64,000 bases of DNA, taken from Candidatus Bathyarchaeia archaeon. Its GTDB lineage: Archaea > Thermoproteota > Bathyarchaeia > Bathyarchaeales > Bathycorpusculaceae. Positions 57,323-64,000 of the stretch are shown here, in pieces. The translations under genes and the position numbers were made by a program. The notes below the pieces were generated by a model. The model searched no databases, was not told the origin of the DNA, and worked only from the letters and a program-made list of their open reading frames with translations. Location: contig JAVZNC010000003.1 in NCBI GenBank assembly GCA_038882955.1, positions 127,571-191,570 of the forward strand. The letters are read 5' to 3'. Numbering within the stretch: position 1 is the first letter of the stretch; each line of letters opens with the position of its first letter.

Positions 57323-58813
57323 TTGCACGGAGAAAAAAACGCTGATAGCATGGTAATCTTGACGGCTGATAGAACCTTGATGAGCGATTACCATACAAAC
57401 GAGTTTATAGGCTTTGGCACATGCGCCCCGCCAAACGTGATTCCAGATTGGCTTTATGCTTGGCTTTTTTTCCCACCAATCAAAACAAGAAGAGGTGTAC
57501 CAGCAGCGGCTCCCTACGGCCTTAGAAAAGTTGAAGCTAAACTCTTAAACGAAGGCTTCAATGTGCTAACAGTCGCGCCTACACACCTAAAAAATTACGT
57601 AGGAAAGGCAAAGGTTTTGGGCATACACGTCATGGACCCGTTCGGCTTAGGACCAGCCTCAAGCACGTTCGCCGCAATCCTGAAGAAAGAGCCATTTCTC
57701 GCACAGTACTTTAGGGCTCTGCTAAGCCAAAAGGAGGTTAAAGAAGCAAAAAGACGTGGGTTAAAGATCATCGTTGGCGGACCGGGTGTTTGGCAGTTTC
57801 ATTATAGACCAAATTTTGTTAGAGAGTATGGCATAGACTGCATTATTGATGGTGAAGCTGAAAACGTTATTGGGAAAATAGTTCAAGCCGCCATAAATGA
57901 TGAGCCTTTACCACAGTATTATGAAGTTAGCGTTAAAGAATCGCCGAGTTTGGAGGAAATACCAGACATTGTAAATCCTTCAATCAACGGCTTGGTCGAG
58001 GTTGGACGTGGATGTTGCAGGGGTTGCGAATTCTGCAGCGTAACGTTAAGGCCTTTGAGGTGGTACCCCTTCGAGAAAATAGCACGCGAGATAGACGTAA
58101 ATTTGAAGGAAGGAATAAACGGCGTTTGCCTACATGCAGAAGACGTTATGCTTTTCGGCTCAAGGAACACTCTGCCAGACGATGAAAGGCTTATCCAACT
58201 TCACGAACTCGTCACAAAAAAGTGTGCTAGCATAAGCTGGAGCCACTGCTCGCTCGCGGCCGTTGCGTCAAAACCGAAACTTTTCGAGAAAGTGGCGGAG
58301 ATAATAAGGCAGAAACAGCCATGGTGGGGAGCCGAAGTCGGCATAGAAACTGGTTCTGGAGAACTCGCGAAGAAGGTTATGCCAGCAAAGGCGCACCCGT
58401 TCAAACCAGAACAGTGGCCTGAAATAGTTCACACCGGAATGGGACTAATGCATGACAACAAGCTCATTCCAGCATGCACTTTGATTGTGGGCGTGCCAGA
58501 AGAAACAGAAGAAGACATCATAAAAACCATAGAGTTGATGGATGACCTTCGCGACATAACAAGCCTGATAGTCCCGCTGTTTTTTGTTCCCATGGGTAGA
58601 CTGAAAAATGAGGATTGGTTTAAGGAAACTGAAATGACAACGCTTCACAAAGAATTACTGACAAAGTGCCTTCAACACGACTTCTATTGGATAGGCAAAC
58701 TCATAGACCTGTCATTCACTGGAAGATGGTATGCGAGCATACTGCAACAGTTTTACCGCATCTTCGTAAAACTTGTGGAATATCAAGCAAAGAAGAAGGG
58801 AATCCACATATAA
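57323..58813 (+). CDS. B12-binding-domain radical SAM protein
   Basis: APYGLRK, IIVGGPG, DGEAE, RGCCRGCEFC, GIETGS. Confidence 0.85.
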   Translation: MHGEKNADSMVILTADRTLMSDYHTNEFIGFGTCAPPNVIPDWLYAWLFFPPIKTRRGVPAAAPYGLRKVEAKLLNEGFNVLTVAPTHLKNYVGKAKVLGIHVMDPFGLGPASSTFAAILKKEPFLAQYFRALLSQKEVKEAKRRGLKIIVGGPGVWQFHYRPNFVREYGIDCIIDGEAENVIGKIVQAAINDEPLPQYYEVSVKESPSLEEIPDIVNPSINGLVEVGRGCCRGCEFCSVTLRPLRWYPFEKIAREIDVNLKEGINGVCLHAEDVMLFGSRNTLPDDERLIQLHELVTKKCASISWSHCSLAAVASKPKLFEKVAEIIRQKQPWWGAEVGIETGSGELAKKVMPAKAHPFKPEQWPEIVHTGMGLMHDNKLIPACTLIVGVPEETEEDIIKTIELMDDLRDITSLIVPLFFVPMGRLKNEDWFKETEMTTLHKELLTKCLQHDFYWIGKLIDLSFTGRWYASILQQFYRIFVKLVEYQAKKKGIHI

Positions 58814-58867
58814 CATGAAGACTAAACTTAAATACCACACTCAAAACTTCAAATCATGCAGCAGTAA

Positions 58868-58941
58868 GCCGCCGTAGCTCAGTTCGGTAGAGCGGCTGGC
58901 TGTTAACCAGTCGGTCGTAGGTTCAAGTCCTACCGGCGGCG
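58868..58941 (+). tRNA. tRNA-Asn(GTT)
   Basis: GCCGCCG/CGGCGGC-G; anticodon arm GCTGG CT GTT AA CCAGT. Confidence 0.96.
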
Positions 58942-58984
58942 TTTTAGATAGTACCGGCGTACTCCTGGCTTGTCCGGGGGTGCG

Positions 58985-59255
58985 CTATTTTCTTTTTCTG
59001 AAGAGCTTTACGCCTTCAATATCGCAGACGTATTCAAAGCCGGCTTCTATGAGTTGTTCGGCTTCCTCGATGGTTGTTGCTGCTTTGCATATGAAGTCGT
59101 CTTCGTTGGATGGGATAAGTTGTGTGTAGATTAGGGTGTTTTTGATGTTTCTGTGTCCTAGGACTTTCATGACGTATAGGATATCTTTGGTTTTGTGGTG
59201 TTCATTGTGGCTTTCCAGTGGCGTAAAGTGTGGAAAGTTATGCGGAGCAATCTTG
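58985..59255 (-). pseudogene. Tyrosine recombinase/integrase C-terminal remnant
   Basis: RITFHTLRHWKATM, 1-nt frameshift, then HKTKDILYVMKVLGHRNIKNTLIY (HxxR, H and Y catalytic motifs); adjacent to the tRNA-Asn 3' end. Confidence 0.8.
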
Positions 59256-59527
59256 TTTTCAAAGTTTGAAGGCTAAATATGGCCCGTCAAAGGATTAAGC
59301 AATCGTCTACATCTTCTCAACTGCCAAAACAGCACTAAATACGCAAACTACACTTGCAACCCCCGGCCATAAAAGCCAAAACCTTCATCGTCTTGCGGTA
59401 AAAGGCTTCAAACACAACACTTGCAGCTCCTGACCATTGCATGAACATCACGGTTAACCCTCTAAAAATGGGCAATTCCATTAATCGCTGTTTAACGGAG
59501 CGTGTTGGATATTAATTGCTTTTTATG

Positions 59528-61069
59528 TTAGGTTCTTAATGCGTGTGTTATGTCGCTTCTTGTTAGGATTCCAAGCAGTGCTTCCTTGTTTTCCTTGCTG
59601 ACGACCAGTAGTCTTCCAATGTTGTGTTTGTTCATTTTTTCGAAGGCTTCTGCTACTGATTCTTCTGGAAAAGTTGTGACTAATTTTTTTGTGCAGATTT
59701 CTCTGAGAAGTGTTTCGTTTCTTTTTCCTTTTGGAACTTTCATTACGTCTTGCAATGTAACTATTCCTAAGAGTTTGCCGGACTCGCTTACTATTGGGAA
59801 GCCTATGTGATGATGCTCTGCCACTTTGTCGAAGAATTCATTTATTGTCATTGTAGGCGTTAGTGTAATGACGTTTTTTGTCATTATTTGTTCTACTTTC
59901 ATTTCCTTCAGCATGCTGATTTCGATTGGTGTTGGCTTCATGTAAAACTCCGCGGCTATAGGTATTATTATGCCTTCTTTTTCCATGTTTCTGCTTTCTT
60001 GCAGTGCACTGTTTCTTTTTTGAGTTGATACGTTGATTAGGTGTGCTAGTGTGTCTGGTTCTGTGGCTATTTCTTTGGTTGTTAAGATTTCCTTTTCAAC
60101 TGCTAGGTCAAGCAATTCTTCGCCTTTTTTGGTTCTGACTATTATTATTGACCAGTCTTTTAGTGGGTTTGCTCCGCCAACGCTTAGGTCTGCAAGTTCA
60201 GATGTGAAGTCTGTGCATGTTTTGCAGCGGTTCATAATATGAGGTTTGATTTTCGCTATGGGAATTCGGAATATGCGATTTTCCGTTGTCACCACATACT
60301 TGTCTCCTTCCAAGTCAACATTCACAATTTCGTTAGCTGCAACATTATGTTCTTGCAGAAGATATTCTAACAATCGTCCGATTGAGAAAGTCCATAGGCA
60401 AAAAAGCCCTATTGTTATTTCCAAGCTATCAATAAATTTGTGTTGCCAAGCTTCAAGTTTTCGAAGGGCGAGGACGTGGCACGGGATGCCAACGAAGGCT
60501 ATGTGAACTTTTCCATGTTCAAAGACTGCACGGCCAAAGGCTTCTGCAACTGCGCTGGGCATGATTTTTGAGTCCACAACGGAAAGGGCGTCGTCTGGCA
60601 CAAGGCTTATTTGAGGCTTAACTTTTATTGGTAAGCTTGGAGAAATCTTTGAAACAATCGCGCTGTCAATTATCTTTTGGTTGATGGCAAAATTAAGTAG
60701 AGCATTTATAACTCCACCGCTTTTTGTCGCTTCTCTTATCGTTGGGTTAGTTGCTTGTGCAAGCATAATTTTCCTATAATAGCCTAATGCTTCTCTTCTA
60801 TGTGGTGCATCCGCCACGAACCTTAATGTTTCGTATAAGAGTGCGTCGGTGTGTGGGCATATGTCGTAACAGACTGGGCAAGTGTCCAAATGCTCAGAAC
60901 AATCATACAGCCTATCCGGCTTGTTGTCTGCAAGTTTTATGGCGTGAATTGGGCAAGCGGCTTCACATGCGCCACATGCAGTGCAAAAATCACGATCTAT
61001 TACAAGTCGTTTTAAATCATCGAAAGCTATCAATCTATTTCTGTTTGTCTGCGTTTGTGACTCCTCCAT
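59528..61069 (-). CDS. FrhB/FpoF-like F420-binding subunit with 2x[4Fe-4S] and C-terminal CBS pair
   Basis: CTACGACEAACP, CPVCYDICP, SGGVINALL, VGIPCH, IGLFC, CKTCTDF...ADLSVG, RTKKG; then QIMTKNV...GIVTLQD...GILTRSDI. Confidence 0.85.
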   Translation of the reverse strand: MEESQTQTNRNRLIAFDDLKRLVIDRDFCTACGACEAACPIHAIKLADNKPDRLYDCSEHLDTCPVCYDICPHTDALLYETLRFVADAPHRREALGYYRKIMLAQATNPTIREATKSGGVINALLNFAINQKIIDSAIVSKISPSLPIKVKPQISLVPDDALSVVDSKIMPSAVAEAFGRAVFEHGKVHIAFVGIPCHVLALRKLEAWQHKFIDSLEITIGLFCLWTFSIGRLLEYLLQEHNVAANEIVNVDLEGDKYVVTTENRIFRIPIAKIKPHIMNRCKTCTDFTSELADLSVGGANPLKDWSIIIVRTKKGEELLDLAVEKEILTTKEIATEPDTLAHLINVSTQKRNSALQESRNMEKEGIIIPIAAEFYMKPTPIEISMLKEMKVEQIMTKNVITLTPTMTINEFFDKVAEHHHIGFPIVSESGKLLGIVTLQDVMKVPKGKRNETLLREICTKKLVTTFPEESVAEAFEKMNKHNIGRLLVVSKENKEALLGILTRSDITHALRT

Positions 61070-61085
61070 TAATATTTAGAGAAAG

Positions 61086-62588
61086 TTATGGCATAAAAGG
61101 AAACTGCTGTATTACTGGGTCTATGAGGTTCAAAACTGCTGTTGGATAAACGCCTAAAACGATTATCGCGATGGCAAGGATGAACATCGGAACAAGCAGT
61201 TTCTTTGGTTCTTTAATTTTAGTTTCTGTTTCTCCCATTAGCTTTTTTCCATACATGTAGTTGATTAGCCTCAAAAGATATGCAGCTTGGATGACGCTGG
61301 TTAAGACGCCTATTATCGCTAGCCAGCCAAGGTTGCCTTCTATTGCTGATGTAAAAACTAAATACTTAGCCATAAAACCAGCAAAGGGTGGAACCCCAGC
61401 GAATGAAAAGGCTGATAGAAGTAGGATTAAGCTTGTAAGTGGCATTTTTCTTCCAATTCCCGAAAAGTCTTCTAAAGTTTTGAAGCCCATGCTGTTAAAT
61501 ATTCCTGCGGTCATGAATGCGAGGGCTGTTGTTATTCCACCTATAAGGAAGAAGTAGAGGTTCCCCATTATGCCAAGCGGTGTCACGCTTGTTATCGCCA
61601 CAAGATTGTAGCCTACATCTGCAATACATATGTAAGCGATTAAACGTTTCACGTTTCTTTCGGTCAAAGCGAACAGGTTGCCAACAACCATTGTTAACGC
61701 TGAAAGAACTGCAAACAAGAAGTTCCATGGCAAAACGGTTGGCGGGGTCAAAATGTAGATGAGAACTCTTAGCAAGACATAGTAGCTTCCTTGGTCAACG
61801 AGGGCTGAAAAAAAGGCTGAGGAAGAGGCTGGCGCTGCTGTGTATGCGTCTGGCAACCACATGTGGAATGGCACGACAGCCGCTTCTATCGAGTATCCTG
61901 CTGCAATAAAAATGAATGCCATCTCAAGTAAGTGCTTATCCGCAAGAGAAGCCAGTGCATGTTTTACCTCCCAAAAATTAAGCGAACCTGTAAGGGCGTA
62001 AATCACTGAAAGCCCATAAATTATGAAGGCTGAAGCTATTATTATCATGATCAGATACTTTAGCGTGGCATGCAATGACTTTGCTGTTTTTTGGTATAGC
62101 ATTAAGAAGCTTGAGCCAGTGGCTGTTGCTTCCCAAAAAATGAAAAGCGTCAATAAATCGCCAGCAAGGGCTGTTCCTATAACGCAGCCAATAATCATTA
62201 ACATAACAGCGTAATAGCGTTCTGAAAGCTCTCCATCAGAACCTATGGAAAAGAGGCTGTATACGGTAACAAATGCACCTACGCCCGTGAAAATTATCGC
62301 CATGTAAACTGACACTGCATCCACCAAAAACCTGCTGGAGAAAATAGTTGAGGAACCTTCAATTAGTGACAGGTTTATAAAAGGCTGAGGGGATGGTTCA
62401 GCATAATATTTCAGTGCAAGGTTCGCTACAGTCAGACCGGCGATAACGAAAATTGTTAAGAACCAACAAAGAATCAAAACATTTTTCCCGCTTCCTTTTT
62501 TACGAGTAATTTTAACAATTGGAATCGTTAAAAGAGAAAACAAAACGAAGGCGATTATTGGTAAAGATGCATCCAAAAGCTCTATCAT
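61086..62588 (-). CDS. Complex I-like antiporter subunit (NuoN/FpoN-like)
   Basis: PFHMWLPDAY, NVKRLIAY, AGVPPFAGFMAK. Confidence 0.8.
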   Translation of the reverse strand: MIELLDASLPIIAFVLFSLLTIPIVKITRKKGSGKNVLILCWFLTIFVIAGLTVANLALKYYAEPSPQPFINLSLIEGSSTIFSSRFLVDAVSVYMAIIFTGVGAFVTVYSLFSIGSDGELSERYYAVMLMIIGCVIGTALAGDLLTLFIFWEATATGSSFLMLYQKTAKSLHATLKYLIMIIIASAFIIYGLSVIYALTGSLNFWEVKHALASLADKHLLEMAFIFIAAGYSIEAAVVPFHMWLPDAYTAAPASSSAFFSALVDQGSYYVLLRVLIYILTPPTVLPWNFLFAVLSALTMVVGNLFALTERNVKRLIAYICIADVGYNLVAITSVTPLGIMGNLYFFLIGGITTALAFMTAGIFNSMGFKTLEDFSGIGRKMPLTSLILLLSAFSFAGVPPFAGFMAKYLVFTSAIEGNLGWLAIIGVLTSVIQAAYLLRLINYMYGKKLMGETETKIKEPKKLLVPMFILAIAIIVLGVYPTAVLNLIDPVIQQFPFMP

Positions 62589-62600
62589 CTGCGTTCCTCA

Positions 62601-64000
62601 CTAGACAAAGCTTACGCTTGAAATTAGTTGTATGAAGAATGTGGGCCATATTCCAAGGATAACTGTGAGCACGGCTAAAATAATCATGGCTAACTTCATA
62701 TAGGGGGGAGCATCGGAAACTTTTTCGTATTTTGTTTCGCCGAGATAGACGTGGCTTAAAAATCTTAGAGCGTAGGCTAGGGACAAAACTGTGGCTACAA
62801 GCATCAGTGCTGTTGGAATTAGATAGAAGTTGTCAACGTTGATTGTTTGAAATGCTCCAACAAATATCAGAAATTCGCTTATGAAACATGCGAATGGTGG
62901 TATTCCTGCAATACTTAACGCTGCTGTTGTAGAAACTGTGGCTGTAATTGGCATTTTTCCCGCAAGCCCGCCCATTTCACGTATATCGCGAACTTCAAGT
63001 TGCTTCATAACGGCGCCCGCAGACAAAAAGAATAAGCCTTTACTTACAGCATGGTTTACAAGGTGTAAAACTGTTCCTGTGACGGGTTCTTGGAATGGAA
63101 AGAGTGAAAGCCCGAAGAGAACATAGCCCATGTGGGCTATGCTAGAATAGGCGATTATACGTTTTATGTCAGTTTCCACCAAAGCGATTAAGGAACCAAA
63201 AAAGGCGGATATTATTCCAAAAATAGTTAAGCCGTGCAGGAAGATGTTTCCAAAATCTGTTGCCATAACTGCTGGAAAAACCGTCCCTAGAGATACGCGT
63301 AGTATTGCGTAAGCGCCGGCGCTGATTATTACGCCGCTTAATAATGCAGACATCGGCGCTGGTGCTTCGGAATGTGCGTCTGGCAGCCACATGTGAACTG
63401 GAACTGCAGCCATTTTGACTGCGAAACCAACTGTCAGAGATAGCAGTATCCATTTGACGAATTCCGGGTTGGCGGTCATTAACGCTGTTTGTGCTTGGAA
63501 CATGTCTAAGTCGCCTGTAACCATGAATATTGCGCCTATGCCTAGTAGGACGAAGACTGCGCCTGCGTGGGTGAATATGAAGAATTTGAAGGCTGCTCTG
63601 TATGGTTCCTTGTAGCCCCATCCGCCTATTATAAAGTATGATGGTAGAAGCATTAGTTCCCAGCAGAAATAGAATAACATAAGGTTTGATGTAATGAAGA
63701 CGCCAACAAGCCCTATTGAAAGCAATGCTAAAAGAGCGTAGTATTCAGCTAGCCCCTTCTTCTCTTGCATGTAATTTATTGAAAAGAGGGCGGATGTTAG
63801 AATGAGTATTAGGGTTATTATTGCCATTGATAGGCTTATTCCGTCTACGAAAAGTGTGAAAGAAGCGTGGAGAATCGGAATCCAATAGTAAGATTCGACA
63901 TACTTGTGGTCCGCGTCGTTAAGGATTGTTGGCACGATTGTGGAAAGAAGCGCGATGTCGATTAGGCATATGAGGGCTATTAGGAAGGCTGAACTTTTAG
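62601..64000 (-). CDS. Complex I-like antiporter subunit (NuoM/FpoM-like), 5' end outside window
   Basis: FYFCWELMLLP, HMWLPDAHSEAP, KRIIAYSSIAHMG, FISEFLIF; frame stays open to the window edge. Confidence 0.85.
   Translation of the reverse strand, partial: KSSAFLIALICLIDIALLSTIVPTILNDADHKYVESYYWIPILHASFTLFVDGISLSMAIITLILILTSALFSINYMQEKKGLAEYYALLALLSIGLVGVFITSNLMLFYFCWELMLLPSYFIIGGWGYKEPYRAAFKFFIFTHAGAVFVLLGIGAIFMVTGDLDMFQAQTALMTANPEFVKWILLSLTVGFAVKMAAVPVHMWLPDAHSEAPAPMSALLSGVIISAGAYAILRVSLGTVFPAVMATDFGNIFLHGLTIFGIISAFFGSLIALVETDIKRIIAYSSIAHMGYVLFGLSLFPFQEPVTGTVLHLVNHAVSKGLFFLSAGAVMKQLEVRDIREMGGLAGKMPITATVSTTAALSIAGIPPFACFISEFLIFVGAFQTINVDNFYLIPTALMLVATVLSLAYALRFLSHVYLGETKYEKVSDAPPYMKLAMIILAVLTVILGIWPTFFIQLISSVSFV

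Noticed and set aside
1-64000. CRISPR array or cas genes
   Set aside because: No regularly spaced identical repeats or cas motifs seen. The repeats at 296-1372 are degenerate coding repeats.

Overview
Archaeal chromosomal window, most likely Bathyarchaeia/TACK (inferred from PolB3, class I LysRS, DUF1512, PEF-CTERM surface proteins, a stand-alone 5S rRNA and a non-canonical tRNA intron). Most of it is housekeeping: trpS, pheST, tyrS, lysS, dnaG, polB, pelota, map, a ttuA-like gene, porGDAB, the end of an Fpo/Nuo operon, six tRNAs, 5S rRNA and RNase P RNA. The main points of interest are: (1) a 3.3 kb AT-rich island at the 3' end of tRNA-Trp, bounded by a perfect 25-bp direct repeat, encoding a DCD-domain/DNA amino-methyltransferase fusion, a CCGG-family restriction endonuclease and a HhH-GPD glycosylase-like protein; (2) a cluster of two paralogous nucleotidyltransferases, a metallophosphoesterase and an APC permease of unknown role; (3) a tRNA-Trp with two introns, one apparently carrying self-targeting C/D guides; (4) a PolB3 with eroded proofreading motifs; (5) an FpoF/FrhB-like subunit fused to a CBS pair; (6) a NurA(wHTH insert)-HerA pair with no mre11/rad50 beside it; (7) an unannotated two-hairpin structured element upstream of tyrS. 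All protein calls come from motif recognition by eye; no database search was run.
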